Positions 9,544 to 19,455 of a DNA stretch of 64,000 nt are shown in pieces; the first letter of the stretch is position 1; each line of letters starts with the position of its first letter. The translations under genes were made by a program, and so were the position numbers. This DNA comes from a virus (taxonomy: Duplodnaviria > Caudoviricetes): IMG/VR virus record IMGVR_UViG_3300042275_000518, positions 125,902-189,901 of that record. One strand, given 5' to 3'. Under the pieces are notes generated by a model that was not told the origin of the DNA, made no database searches, and saw only the letters and a program-made list of their open reading frames with translations.

Positions 9544-9625
9544 GATATCATCTCCTTAAGTCATATAAATAATTGTTCAGCGTTTAATACGTGATAGATA
9601 AAAAAAGAAACCCGAAGGCTTCTTC

Positions 9626-9781
9626 TTAGACAAAAATGATTAAAGCAACAATCATTAAGATTGCCAACAATAATCCTAATGGATTGCCTTCTTTTAATGC
9701 ACGCACTATACCAGTTATAAACATGATAAGAGCAAACACACTAAATGAAATTATTATCCATAAAATTGCTGTCTCAGTCAT
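9626..9781 (-). CDS. Small two-TM membrane protein
   Basis: SD AAGGAGG before ATG 9781; two hydrophobic stretches; early motif at 9818-9825. Confidence 0.65.
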   Translation of the reverse strand: MTETAILWIIISFSVFALIMFITGIVRALKEGNPLGLLLAILMIVALIIFV

Positions 9782-9875
9782 AGTAGATTCCTCCTTTATC
9801 TTACTATTTTCATATTTATAATATATATCTATAACATACCCAATTTCAAAAAAAAAAAGAAACCAGAGGTTTCTT

Positions 9876-10250
9876 TTATACTCGTTCATATGTTGAATTG
9901 AAAATGTCTTTGCTTACAACCCAACGGTCAGTAGGACTTGCCGAAACAATGAAATCACCAGGTTTAGCTTTCAATTTAGCTCCCCAACTTGTTTCAACGT
10001 ATGTCATTTCTTCTGCAAGTTCTACATCAACAATTACTTTTTTCTTTCTCCCAATTCCTTCTGAAACTACATCATAATTCTTTTCAAATACGCTTGATTT
10101 CATAGGCCATACTTCACCTTCGACACCTACCATGCGATAGTCTCCCTTGTCATATGGTGCTGGACCTTCTTTTGTTTCTTCTGTTCCACTTGTTTCATAG
10201 ATGCTAAATTTAACATCTACTGCTTTTTTGTAAGCTTTAAATTTTTCCAT
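9876..10250 (-). CDS. PGDYG-like protein
   Basis: Duplicated motif GDYRMVGVEGEVWPM / PGDFIVSASPTDRWVV..F..TY. Confidence 0.65.
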   Translation of the reverse strand: MEKFKAYKKAVDVKFSIYETSGTEETKEGPAPYDKGDYRMVGVEGEVWPMKSSVFEKNYDVVSEGIGRKKKVIVDVELAEEMTYVETSWGAKLKAKPGDFIVSASPTDRWVVSKDIFNSTYERV

Positions 10251-10260
10251 AATTTCCTCC

Positions 10261-10575
10261 TTATTTTATTCTTTCAATATAGATAAATACTTTATTACTA
10301 TTTTGTAATCTAGTAATCTGTGCAAACATATCTTGTATAGATTTAGCATTCATTGCTATGTTTCCAACATTTTTGATTTGCGAATTTGTGACAGTATCTG
10401 GTGTATATTTTTTAACGTCTCCAACTCTCATAAAATCAATGTCTTCAAAAATTTCACTGATACCACGATAGTTTTGTGTTATTCTCTTTCGTATAACAGG
10501 TTCCAAATTATTTTCGTTAACAACTTGAATATTTTTAACTACACCATTATTTTTTTCATATACTTTAAAATCCAT
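10261..10575 (-). CDS. Hypothetical protein
   Basis: ORF with SD GAAGGAGG in the operon. Confidence 0.65.
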   Translation of the reverse strand: MDFKVYEKNNGVVKNIQVVNENNLEPVIRKRITQNYRGISEIFEDIDFMRVGDVKKYTPDTVTNSQIKNVGNIAMNAKSIQDMFAQITRLQNSNKVFIYIERIK

Positions 10576-11122
10576 AATTGCCTCCTTCATACTCTCTTTT
10601 TATTTTCTTCTTATCTTTTTTAATTGTTTTCAATCCAATTTTTAAATCGTAAACATCAATAATTTCAAATAATGATGTAAGCAATTTAAGAGTATCTTCA
10701 TGAAATACTCGATTATCCTTCGTTTGTAGATGATAATCTAATGGCATGTGTCGGTTCCAGTTTCCTTTATTGTATATCTTTCCAGCACCAATAAAATCGG
10801 CAACCATTTCTAGGACATACTTAAAAGGGACTTTTACACCATATACTTTTCCGTTCTTCCAGTCAGTCCAATACTCCCAATGATGTTTGTTCTTATTGTG
10901 GTGGTTTTGCCATGCATAAGAGTATCCTAGTTCACGTTTCTCAGCATCAATAGGACTTCTATTACCTTGGAAGTATTTGGCACTTCTGAAAAATTCTTTA
11001 AAGCTAAATTTAGAATTGTCATGCATCAAACCCTGCCAGAACAACCCCATTTTCCAACAATACCACATGATAACAAATTTGTGTTTTGTTATTGTTACTA
11101 AATGTTTCCAATATCTACTCAT
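10565..11122 (-). CDS. HD-like (DUF5662-type) phage protein
   Basis: HK..HDNSKFS..WQNHHNKNKHHWEYW..EMVAD pattern. Confidence 0.7.
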   Translation of the reverse strand: MSRYWKHLVTITKHKFVIMWYCWKMGLFWQGLMHDNSKFSFKEFFRSAKYFQGNRSPIDAEKRELGYSYAWQNHHNKNKHHWEYWTDWKNGKVYGVKVPFKYVLEMVADFIGAGKIYNKGNWNRHMPLDYHLQTKDNRVFHEDTLKLLTSLFEIIDVYDLKIGLKTIKKDKKKIKREYEGGNYGF

Positions 11123-11124
11123 AA

Positions 11125-11859
11125 TTACGTTCTTATCTTTCTTGTATTTAAAAAGTTTAGTGTTAGACCTGCATTAAGATGCAATAATAATTTTTCGTCA
11201 TCTGTTAGTTCTTCTTTAACACGCATGACCATATTTTGAGTTACCTCAACGCCATTTTCCATGGCAGTAATCAACATATCTTTTGTTATATAATCTAGCT
11301 CTTTAATCAATGTTTTATCTTTTTCAAAAGCTATCTCACACATTTTTGGTGTTTGATGATGATATTTTATTTCTTTTATATACTTTGGTTGCTTTTCTAA
11401 TATTTTTTCAATAGAATCATTGCTTAGCTGCGGGTATATATCTTCAAAACCAATCCATCTAAAATTATTACTCAAAGCTGTTTCTATTTCATCTGCAGTA
11501 TATGAGTCAAATAAATGCTTATTGAATACATTATGTTTCTTACAAAGTTGCACAATTTCAGGAATCTTGTATGTATCCTCTTTCAGCAAATTCAAACCCC
11601 TTGTATCTGATTCTAAAAGTTCTACAAGCTTTTCTATTGACAACCTATTTACAAATTTTTCTAATGCAAAGAAACCTTGCTTCATAACATTGTATAATTT
11701 CAGTATGTCTTCTTCCGTAATCCATTCTGGTAGTTCTGATTGTTTGGATAAAACTGAAATATATGCAAAATTTTCATCCAGCATTTCCCTAGTTACTTCC
11801 TCGGGTTTAATTTTTTTATCAATTTTTATAGCTTCATCTAAAAATTCTTTCTGTGTCAT
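11125..11859 (-). CDS. Helical-repeat hypothetical protein (DUF4116-like segment)
   Basis: QTPKMCEIA-type repeat; C-terminal DDEKLLLHLN resembles the shared tag. Confidence 0.65.
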   Translation of the reverse strand: MTQKEFLDEAIKIDKKIKPEEVTREMLDENFAYISVLSKQSELPEWITEEDILKLYNVMKQGFFALEKFVNRLSIEKLVELLESDTRGLNLLKEDTYKIPEIVQLCKKHNVFNKHLFDSYTADEIETALSNNFRWIGFEDIYPQLSNDSIEKILEKQPKYIKEIKYHHQTPKMCEIAFEKDKTLIKELDYITKDMLITAMENGVEVTQNMVMRVKEELTDDEKLLLHLNAGLTLNFLNTRKIRT

Positions 11860-11862
11860 ATT

Positions 11863-12765
11863 CTACTCCTCTCTGATACTCTCCAATAAGGTATCATTAA
11901 ATTTTTGATTTTTAAACATTTTGATTTCCTCTTTATATGGTGGTAAATCCCTTGTTGTCAAATCTTCTGTTAGAGGTATATAAGGTGTTTCCAATATTTT
12001 TGGCACATTAACGAAATCTGGATGGTTGACAATATGGTTCAAAGCTTCAAAACCAATATTACCAAGTCCGATATTTTCGTGTCGATCTTTTGCAGCACCT
12101 TTAACGTTTTTTGAATCGTTGACATGAATTACAGAAATATATTCTTTTCCTACAATTCTGTCAAACTCTTCTATAACACCATCGAAATCATTTTTTGTAT
12201 CATAACCTGCATCGTGGGTGTGGCATGTATCAAAACATACAGAGACTCTTTCTTTGTCTTCGACTAAATCAATAATCTTTGCAAGTTCCTCAAAAGTTCT
12301 TCCAACTTCTGTTCCTTTTCCAGCCATGGTTTCAAGAGCAATTTTAACATCTAATTCCTTAGTGTTTTCAATTACTGCATTTAAACCCTTTGCAATTAGT
12401 TCGATTGCTTCATCTGGTGTTTTCTTTAAACGTGCTCCTGGATGCAATACAATTTGTTTAGCTCCAATTACTGCAGTTCTCTGAACTTCTTCTGTTAAAA
12501 ATTTAACTCCAAAGTCATGATTTGTTTCATTTGCTAGGTTTATAATATATGGTGCGTGCACAACTACATTTTCAGGTGAAATATTATTTTCTTCCATTAA
12601 GATTCTACCTTCTTCGATGAGCATTTCATCTGTTGGTCTCCTCTTTGTATTTTGTGGAGCTCCTGTATATATCATAAAAGCGTTTGCCTCATATGAAAGT
12701 GCTTCTTTAACAGCTCCTAAGAATTGTTCAGTACTATTCATAGAAACGTGACTTCCTAATATCAT
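11863..12765 (-). CDS. nfo: Endonuclease IV (AP endonuclease)
   Basis: [64 protein letters not shown]; Bacilli-type sequence. Confidence 0.95.
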   Translation of the reverse strand: MILGSHVSMNSTEQFLGAVKEALSYEANAFMIYTGAPQNTKRRPTDEMLIEEGRILMEENNISPENVVVHAPYIINLANETNHDFGVKFLTEEVQRTAVIGAKQIVLHPGARLKKTPDEAIELIAKGLNAVIENTKELDVKIALETMAGKGTEVGRTFEELAKIIDLVEDKERVSVCFDTCHTHDAGYDTKNDFDGVIEEFDRIVGKEYISVIHVNDSKNVKGAAKDRHENIGLGNIGFEALNHIVNHPDFVNVPKILETPYIPLTEDLTTRDLPPYKEEIKMFKNQKFNDTLLESIREE

Positions 12766-12777
12766 ATTATTCCTCCT

Positions 12778-13152
12778 CTAATAATTTAATTTAAACCAAA
12801 ATTTTGCAGTTTCATCGTCTGGAAAATCTACAAATTCTAATGTTACATCTGGAGCGTATATATGAGCTGTATTAAGAAAGTAGAAATATTCAGCCTCACT
12901 ACTTCTATAATCAACATTCCATAAATAACGACCTCTTTCGTCAATTTTAATTAGTAGTCGTTTATCTCCAATTATTATCCGTTTGATTGCTATTCTAATT
13001 AATTTTTTAATTTCAGCATTATCAATTTCAATACCATCTATTGTAAAATTGAGGTTTTTAATATGCTTGCTATTATCAACAGTTTCAAATAAACAGTAAA
13101 AATAATCATCATCATAACTAAATTTTGCAAGTGTATATATCATAAAAATCAC
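12778..13152 (-). CDS. Hypothetical protein with C-terminal tag (FPDDETAKFWFKLNY)
   Basis: ORF in early operon; similar N- and C-termini to 13157-13459. Confidence 0.7.
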   Translation of the reverse strand: MIFMIYTLAKFSYDDDYFYCLFETVDNSKHIKNLNFTIDGIEIDNAEIKKLIRIAIKRIIIGDKRLLIKIDERGRYLWNVDYRSSEAEYFYFLNTAHIYAPDVTLEFVDFPDDETAKFWFKLNY

Positions 13153-13156
13153 CTTC

Positions 13157-13459
13157 TTAATAATTTAATTTAAACCATAATAATGCGTCTTCGTCATCGT
13201 TGAATTCATGAACATCTTTCAACATACAATTAACAAAGCTAATAGTCATACTGCGACCATAATAGTTTATATAATATACATATTCTTCATTATGAATATT
13301 AAAGAATTCTCTTCCTGTAAGAGGTTCATCTATTTTAAAACTTCGAAGACCTGTTCCCCTTAAATGGTCAGCAGGGGTTATTTCTTTTTCTAATCTAACT
13401 AAAGCATTTACTTCTTGATTTTTTGAATCATCATTTATTTTTATAACTGTATAAATCAT
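13157..13459 (-). CDS. Hypothetical protein with C-terminal tag (FNDDEDALLWFKLNY)
   Basis: ORF with SD. Confidence 0.7.
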   Translation of the reverse strand: MIYTVIKINDDSKNQEVNALVRLEKEITPADHLRGTGLRSFKIDEPLTGREFFNIHNEEYVYYINYYGRSMTISFVNCMLKDVHEFNDDEDALLWFKLNY

Positions 13460-13526
13460 AATAACCCCCTAATAATTTAACATCCATAATTTTCTCCTAA
13501 AAATAAGATATCCATCGGATATCTTA

Positions 13527-13817
13527 TTATAATTTTAAAAATAATAGTACTTCATCATTTCCCTCAAATAAATTAAGTATTTCCTCATCCACTGCGAGTA
13601 ATTCTTTTTCAACTTTGGACAGAAAATCTATTATAAATTCATTTGTGAGCTGATATGCATAATTCAGCAAGAATATTTTTGCTGTTGTAAATGTAGCACC
13701 GTCACTCTCATTCAAGAAACCTATTAGTTCAAATATTCGGTCAGGTTCATCACTAAAATCAGTGGAAATGACCATATGCTCTACAAGTTCTTGAAACTTT
13801 GATTTCATTGCTCCCAT
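13527..13817 (-). CDS. Hypothetical protein with C-terminal tag (NDEVLLFLKL)
   Basis: SD GAGGTG; terminator hairpin at about 13503-13527. Confidence 0.7.
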   Translation of the reverse strand: MGAMKSKFQELVEHMVISTDFSDEPDRIFELIGFLNESDGATFTTAKIFLLNYAYQLTNEFIIDFLSKVEKELLAVDEEILNLFEGNDEVLLFLKL

Positions 13818-13867
13818 AATTCACCTCGAATAAATTAATATATAATTAATTTTTCCGAAGTTTTTAA

Positions 13868-14233
13868 TTAATTATAAAAATCCGTTAGTCTAATAAATAA
13901 CCTAATAGGTTCGGATAATATTATACTTTCATCATTGAGTATGGTGAATAGAAAATTATACATGTCATAAGGTCTTCTACCGAAATCACAATATCTATTA
14001 TAATATTTTATTAATTCATCTGTAAATATACTGACAAATTCTTCATCTTCCTGTAATTCTTTTCTGATGTATTTTATATTTCTGATATCTTTTCTTATTG
14101 ATGTTATTGCTTTTTCTAAGGTAATATATTCATATGATAAGAATGAGATATCAAGATTTCTTTCAAGTGCATCGATCAAATCTTTTCTTCCACTTTTGTA
14201 TACTGCATCGATATACTTTTTTGTATATTTCAC
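13868..14233 (-). CDS. Hypothetical protein, paralog of 14297-14671
   Basis: N-terminus YTKKYIDAVYKSGRKDLI matches YTKKYINAIYDSRRKDLI; C-terminal LFIRL. Confidence 0.75.
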   Translation of the reverse strand: MKYTKKYIDAVYKSGRKDLIDALERNLDISFLSYEYITLEKAITSIRKDIRNIKYIRKELQEDEEFVSIFTDELIKYYNRYCDFGRRPYDMYNFLFTILNDESIILSEPIRLFIRLTDFYN

Positions 14234-14296
14234 TATTTCCCTCCTAATATCTTAATGCTAAAAATAATCTTAAAATATAATTAATTTTTCTGGGGT

Positions 14297-14671
14297 TTAA
14301 AAGTTTAGTCTAATAAATAATTTGATATCTTCTGATTTTAAGCTATCAGCACTATTTATAATCCTATCTAATATAAAAGAATTCATAATCACATTAAATA
14401 TATCAGAATTTTTATTAGCTTTTCTATATGTTAGCTGCTGAAGAAGCTCTATAAATGCTTCAATAAATTTCTGAGAATTCTGAACTTCTTCGCTCAAATT
14501 AAATACTTCAAATGGTTCGAATCTAACAATCTTAATTGCTGCATCAACTGTAATTTTATCAATTGGAAGCATTGGGATATTGTGTGGAATTAAATCATTT
14601 TCAATTTTTTCAATTAAATCTTTTCTTCTACTGTCATAGATTGCGTTGATATATTTCTTTGTATAACTCAT
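14297..14671 (-). CDS. Hypothetical protein, paralog of 13868-14233
   Basis: Shared N-terminus and LFIRL C-terminal motif. Confidence 0.75.
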   Translation of the reverse strand: MSYTKKYINAIYDSRRKDLIEKIENDLIPHNIPMLPIDKITVDAAIKIVRFEPFEVFNLSEEVQNSQKFIEAFIELLQQLTYRKANKNSDIFNVIMNSFILDRIINSADSLKSEDIKLFIRLNF

Positions 14672-14683
14672 TTTATTCCTCCT

Positions 14684-15088
14684 TTAATAATTTAATCTTA
14701 AATATAGTTCTAGTTCTTCTGTAATGCTTTCAAATCTTAGCAATGCTCTTTTTATAGAATTCCAAAAAATAACATCTGTATAGTCTTCATTTTCTTTTAC
14801 TAATTTTAAGAATAAATCTAAATCAATAATATCTGTATAAAGCATTGTGTACATAACGCCATCTATTTCCTCGTTTTTAACAAGGTCCCTAGCTATTTCT
14901 CGAATAGTTAAATCTAATCGATTTGGATGGTCAAGTTTAAAAAATTCCATGTAATCTTTGTTATGTGTACCATGCTCAACTGAGAGTAGTTCAAAATTTC
15001 CATCAGTTGTATCATTATAGAACGTAATAAGTTCTTCGCACATAATCGCTATTCTATTACTATAATCTTGCATTTCATCAGCTCCCAT
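14684..15088 (-). CDS. Hypothetical protein with C-terminal tag (EELELYLRLNY)
   Basis: First gene after the early motif at 15121-15128. Confidence 0.7.
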   Translation of the reverse strand: MGADEMQDYSNRIAIMCEELITFYNDTTDGNFELLSVEHGTHNKDYMEFFKLDHPNRLDLTIREIARDLVKNEEIDGVMYTMLYTDIIDLDLFLKLVKENEDYTDVIFWNSIKRALLRFESITEELELYLRLNY

Positions 15089-15217
15089 AATTTAATCTAC
15101 CTTTCCTAATATCTAATCTTATAATATATAAATATTTAATTTTTTATAAATCTTAAAACACATTATTAAGGACTCTCATTGTGTCCTAAAAATAAAACGA
15201 AAAGGAGAAAAAGTACA

Positions 15218-16276
15218 ATGAACAGTAAAAACGGGCAAGGTGCCAAAAACACAGCAACTCAAAAAAAGACATTTGGGTATGCATGCGGGGATATTGAAAC
15301 GAGAAGTTCACTATCACCAGAAGACGATTTCAAAATTTTTAATGAGGTCGCTTTCAATTTTAAACGTCTTTATATTAAAGACGGAGTTAAGTTTATCGAT
15401 GGTTTCTATAAAGGAAAGGACATCGAAGAGTTAATGAATAATGAATATTATCTGATTCATACTACAAAAATCAGAGACAAAGAGTATGTATTTAATGATA
15501 TCTTATTCACAAGTATTTACAATGTCGATTTTGAAACAAGGGATATCACCTTTAAAGTTATTCCACTTGCAAATGAAGACAAGAGAGAAGTATTTTACTC
15601 ATACTTCAAGAAAGTCTATAAGGAAAAGAAAATCGAAAGTCCTTATAAAGAATTTGAGTTAGACGAGTCAGTTGAGAAAGAGTTCTTATTTAAGTATCTG
15701 TATGAATCATTAGAATTTGAAACAGATAGTAAATTAGCACCGTTGAAAAACACTATTCTTGACATGCAGTTAGGAAAAGTTAAATCCTACAAGGAAATTA
15801 TCTTTGGCGCACTTAATATGGAAAAAATGATTCAAGACTTCTTTGGATTTATCAAAGAACAAAAAAACAAAAAGAGTCCTGACATCGTAAGGGATATTTA
15901 TATTTATCATATTTATGAATATAGACACTATTATCCATACTATCAATATCCATATTATTATTTAAGTTCAACTCCAACATGGACAACAACTACTACTGCA
16001 ACACCAAGTTGGAACTATAACGCTCTAACTAGTTCATCTACAACTTTAACAGGTACGATGAGCGGCGATTTAACTATGAATTCTGGTGTGGCAACAACAG
16101 GTTACAGCACTACACTAAATGAATTAGATGCATTAGACGCAACAACTTCGTATTATAGTACTGCGACTACTTCATCAACTTCACAAGATTTCTCATTAGA
16201 ATATGAAGGAAGCATGGACAACAAGATTGACGATTTATATTCAAAATTATCAAAAATCAATGAAAATAACCTGTAA
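15218..16276 (+). CDS. Hypothetical protein with Tyr-rich and Ser/Thr-rich low-complexity C-terminus
   Basis: SD AAGGAG before ATG 15218; YIYHIYEYRHYYPYYQYPYYY followed by S/T tracts. Confidence 0.75.
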   Translation: MNSKNGQGAKNTATQKKTFGYACGDIETRSSLSPEDDFKIFNEVAFNFKRLYIKDGVKFIDGFYKGKDIEELMNNEYYLIHTTKIRDKEYVFNDILFTSIYNVDFETRDITFKVIPLANEDKREVFYSYFKKVYKEKKIESPYKEFELDESVEKEFLFKYLYESLEFETDSKLAPLKNTILDMQLGKVKSYKEIIFGALNMEKMIQDFFGFIKEQKNKKSPDIVRDIYIYHIYEYRHYYPYYQYPYYYLSSTPTWTTTTTATPSWNYNALTSSSTTLTGTMSGDLTMNSGVATTGYSTTLNELDALDATTSYYSTATTSSTSQDFSLEYEGSMDNKIDDLYSKLSKINENNL

Positions 16277-16350
16277 GGGTTATTTTCTCTTTTATAATTA
16301 AAAGCATAGTGAAACAATTAATTATATGAATCAAATTAAGGAGTGATATT

Positions 16351-16701
16351 ATGACAACAGCTCAAATCACAGAAATATTAGGTGTAAGCAATTTAGACGC
16401 ACGTGTTTATATACCAGAAATGGATTTTATCAGCTATGGCAAAGATAAGAACGTGACCTTCTCAGAAATCAAAAGAGTTAGATTTTTCTTTGATACTACG
16501 AATGAGGTTCTAGAAGTTAGTTTATGTCGTCCATACAGTGAGAATCTTTCTGATATTCCAGCACATGGTCAATATGATATTATAAATCACAAAGGTAAGG
16601 ACTATGTTTTCGAATATTTAGTTGACGCAAATGGAGACCTTATTGTTGATTATTATGGTTTTGAATCTATAATGCTTATCAATTTAAGGAAGGTGAATTA
16701 A
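16351..16701 (+). CDS. Late paralog family member 1 (hypothetical)
   Basis: Tight operon after AACA-N6-TA at 16313; FFDTTNEVL motif. Confidence 0.8.
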   Translation: MTTAQITEILGVSNLDARVYIPEMDFISYGKDKNVTFSEIKRVRFFFDTTNEVLEVSLCRPYSENLSDIPAHGQYDIINHKGKDYVFEYLVDANGDLIVDYYGFESIMLINLRKVN

Positions 16702-16702
16702 T

Positions 16703-17032
16703 ATGACAGCACAAGCAATCGAAGCAGTATTAGCTGAACTTAATGCACAATTCACTGGACTATATGACAACACTGGATATCCATGGTTAGAAGCAGACCA
16801 CATCGCATCTATTGTATTAGCAAACAACGAAAGTTTATATCCAGACAAAACAGAGCAAGTTAAATTTGATACAGTTAATGAAATTATGTATATGAGAAGC
16901 GGAAATTATGTTGATGACGTATTTGTTGAAGACTATGTGTCATCTGCAATAAATTACAGTTTAATTGCAGCAATTATTTTGGTTCAACCGGAACATAGAA
17001 AATCTGCATATAAATACGGCGCTCAGGTATAG
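16703..17032 (+). CDS. Late paralog family member 2 (hypothetical)
   Basis: KFDTVNEIM motif; SD AAGGTG. Confidence 0.8.
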   Translation: MTAQAIEAVLAELNAQFTGLYDNTGYPWLEADHIASIVLANNESLYPDKTEQVKFDTVNEIMYMRSGNYVDDVFVEDYVSSAINYSLIAAIILVQPEHRKSAYKYGAQV

Positions 17033-17042
17033 GAGGTATATT

Positions 17043-17669
17043 ATGGAAATTACTACATTACAAAATATGCTTACTAGTATGAGCATCCCTGAAAACACTT
17101 GGGTAAGCGATAAGGAATTATTCCTCGTAAATCTTCCAAGTGACGGGAACCATTACAACCACTATTATGAACAAATGCTTTACTTTGATACTACAAACGG
17201 AGTATTGAAAATTAAATTCTATAACTTCCGTCTGGCGAGTTCAAAATTCTTTTCAGTAGAACAAGTTGACAGTACTAATTTTAATATTAAACATAACACA
17301 TTTGGATACTATGGAATAGATGAAAGAAAAGACCTAGGAAAAATGAGAAATCCAAAAGTTGGCGATTATGTATACACTATTAATTCGGCAGGAGCATATA
17401 TTGCAGCCTCAAAAATTATTGCAATAACAGCATCAACGATGCAAATTGAAACAGCACTAACAATTGGCGCAGGTGAAAAACTTTGCTATGCAGATGGAAC
17501 GGTATTAGTACCAGGTGTATCTATGTTTAATCCAATTGAATCAGGAGATATTTTAGAATCACTTGCAAATGATAGCCAAATTCTATACAGAAAACCAAAA
17601 ACAATTTATACAGCAGATGATTATATATTCGTGGACAATATAAACGGATTTTCTTTAATAAGATACTAA
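17043..17669 (+). CDS. Late paralog family member 3 (hypothetical, with inserted domain)
   Basis: SD GGAGGT before ATG 17043; YFDTTNGVL; insert containing PKVGD. Confidence 0.8.
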   Translation: MEITTLQNMLTSMSIPENTWVSDKELFLVNLPSDGNHYNHYYEQMLYFDTTNGVLKIKFYNFRLASSKFFSVEQVDSTNFNIKHNTFGYYGIDERKDLGKMRNPKVGDYVYTINSAGAYIAASKIIAITASTMQIETALTIGAGEKLCYADGTVLVPGVSMFNPIESGDILESLANDSQILYRKPKTIYTADDYIFVDNINGFSLIRY

Positions 17670-17681
17670 GGGTGTGCACAT

Positions 17682-18260
17682 GTGAAGAGAGAAGAGTATG
17701 AAGAAATAATGAGTGGACTTAAAATGGATGAATGGTTAGAAACCACACAAGATATATATCTAAAATCCGGCATGAGTTTTCATTCAGACCCAGAGCACAA
17801 AAGATATCTATATCAGAATAAGAAAATCTTAGTACAGCACGGAACTTCTGAATTATACGGAGACAGACTAAAAGGGCTAAGAATGGTCTCTGGTGATTAT
17901 ACCACTCTCACATTCGACAAAGAACAGTTTAAATTTAATTTTAGACCACCAAAAGTCGGAGACACTTTAATATTAGTTGAGAATGGAAAAATCATAGCTT
18001 CTTCTCCTATAATGGAAATAAACGGTGATATAAACGGATACAGAATCACACTTGCAATTCCGGTGCCGATGAGAAAAAACGTTATTGTATCGTTCTACGA
18101 CACAAATATATACAGAGAAAATAAATCATATTGCATGCACAATACTCTTGGGCCTGGTGTGTTTAAGTACTATAAACCTAATCCAAGTAAAAAACAATAT
18201 AAAAATGAACCATATCATCAAATTATAAAAATCAAACAGATAGAAAGAATTGAGGTGTAA
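17682..18260 (+). CDS. Late paralog family member 4 (hypothetical, with inserted domain)
   Basis: Insert containing PKVGD..IIASS.I as in 17043; C-terminal YHQIIKIKQIERI. Confidence 0.75.
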   Translation: MKREEYEEIMSGLKMDEWLETTQDIYLKSGMSFHSDPEHKRYLYQNKKILVQHGTSELYGDRLKGLRMVSGDYTTLTFDKEQFKFNFRPPKVGDTLILVENGKIIASSPIMEINGDINGYRITLAIPVPMRKNVIVSFYDTNIYRENKSYCMHNTLGPGVFKYYKPNPSKKQYKNEPYHQIIKIKQIERIEV

Positions 18261-18262
18261 GT

Positions 18263-18628
18263 ATGACACAAAGCCAAGTAAATTATATACTATCCACAAA
18301 AGGACTTCCATTAAACCAATGGTTGACACTCGAGGGAACTTTTAAATATATGACTATGAACTCGGATAAGAATTTATATTACTATCCACAAGCAGTTCAA
18401 TTTTATTTCTCGCAAAGAAACTATTTACTAGTTAGAAATACAACTGGAAATCCAACACTTTATACAGGTGGAGCGGTTCCAACAGGTTCTGTACTTATCC
18501 CTCATGATGGAAAACAATATATGGTACAATTAGAAAAAGGTGGCAAAATTGATGCTTCGGCTGATGCTGCTGGTGTATATCACGATATAATTTCATATGA
18601 GAGTATATCTGGCATTTTCTACAAATAA
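18263..18628 (+). CDS. Late paralog family member 5 (hypothetical)
   Basis: C-terminal YHDIISYESISGI. Confidence 0.8.
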   Translation: MTQSQVNYILSTKGLPLNQWLTLEGTFKYMTMNSDKNLYYYPQAVQFYFSQRNYLLVRNTTGNPTLYTGGAVPTGSVLIPHDGKQYMVQLEKGGKIDASADAAGVYHDIISYESISGIFYK

Positions 18629-18657
18629 AAAAAAAAGATAACCGAAAGGTTATCTTT
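18627..18657. terminator. Bidirectional intrinsic terminator
   Basis: AAAGATAACC-GAAA-GGTTATCTTT between convergent genes. Confidence 0.8.
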
Positions 18658-19048
18658 AAACTAACTCCTTGAGTTTAATTTTTTCAATTAGCTCATCATT
18701 TGAAGAGTTAATCAAAAATGTAGCATTTTTACCTACTTTAAAGCCATAGTTTTTATTACTATGCATACTGACAATGGTAGTTATAATATTAACTAGCCTA
18801 TCAATATTTGTAATGCTTTCTTTGGCTTCTCTTCTCATATTAAGAGTAAGTTTTAATTTTGATGCTAATTTTAGCATCTTTGCACCACTTAACTTCTCGA
18901 GTTCTAATACGTGGTAGATATCAGAAATTAATAAGTCAAGTCTAGATAAATTTGCCAACGCCTTTTCTTTGTTCTTGTTTAGCCTATCTCTTTCAGCAAC
19001 AAGTTCTGCTTTGGACATGCTAAAGTATTGATTTGTTTTATCTTCCAT
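18656..19048 (-). CDS. Hypothetical coiled-coil phage protein
   Basis: SDIYHVLE..LNMRREAK; early motif at 19072. Confidence 0.7.
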   Translation of the reverse strand: MEDKTNQYFSMSKAELVAERDRLNKNKEKALANLSRLDLLISDIYHVLELEKLSGAKMLKLASKLKLTLNMRREAKESITNIDRLVNIITTIVSMHSNKNYGFKVGKNATFLINSSNDELIEKIKLKELV

Positions 19049-19138
19049 TTTTACACTTCCTTTCTATATTTATAATATATAGATAAATATTAACGAAATA
19101 CAAAAAAAAGAATATCAAAAGATATTCTTTTATTTTTT

Positions 19139-19429
19139 TTATACTCTACGTAAAAATTTTCCGTTATAATACTCACCAATATAGGCTACATTACTTTTAC
19201 GTTTTGCATATTTTCTTGCTCGTGCTTTATTGTATAATGGTCTACTGATATGACCATTCTCGTAATGCACATGGTAGCTAGTAACTTGCGGAGTTGATGA
19301 CAGCATGGCTTTTTGTTCCTCTGTTGGAATAACTGGTTCTAATTCTGAACCGTTCTCGCTGATTTTGTTAATACGAAAATAACGCCCTCTTATGAAAATA
19401 ATTTCTCCCTCTATAACTTTGTAGCTCAT
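19139..19429 (-). CDS. Hypothetical protein
   Basis: Last gene of the long early operon, followed by a hairpin at about 19105-19130. Confidence 0.65.
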   Translation of the reverse strand: MSYKVIEGEIIFIRGRYFRINKISENGSELEPVIPTEEQKAMLSSTPQVTSYHVHYENGHISRPLYNKARARKYAKRKSNVAYIGEYYNGKFLRRV

Positions 19430-19455
19430 TTAAAAACTAATCCCCTTTCTATTTT

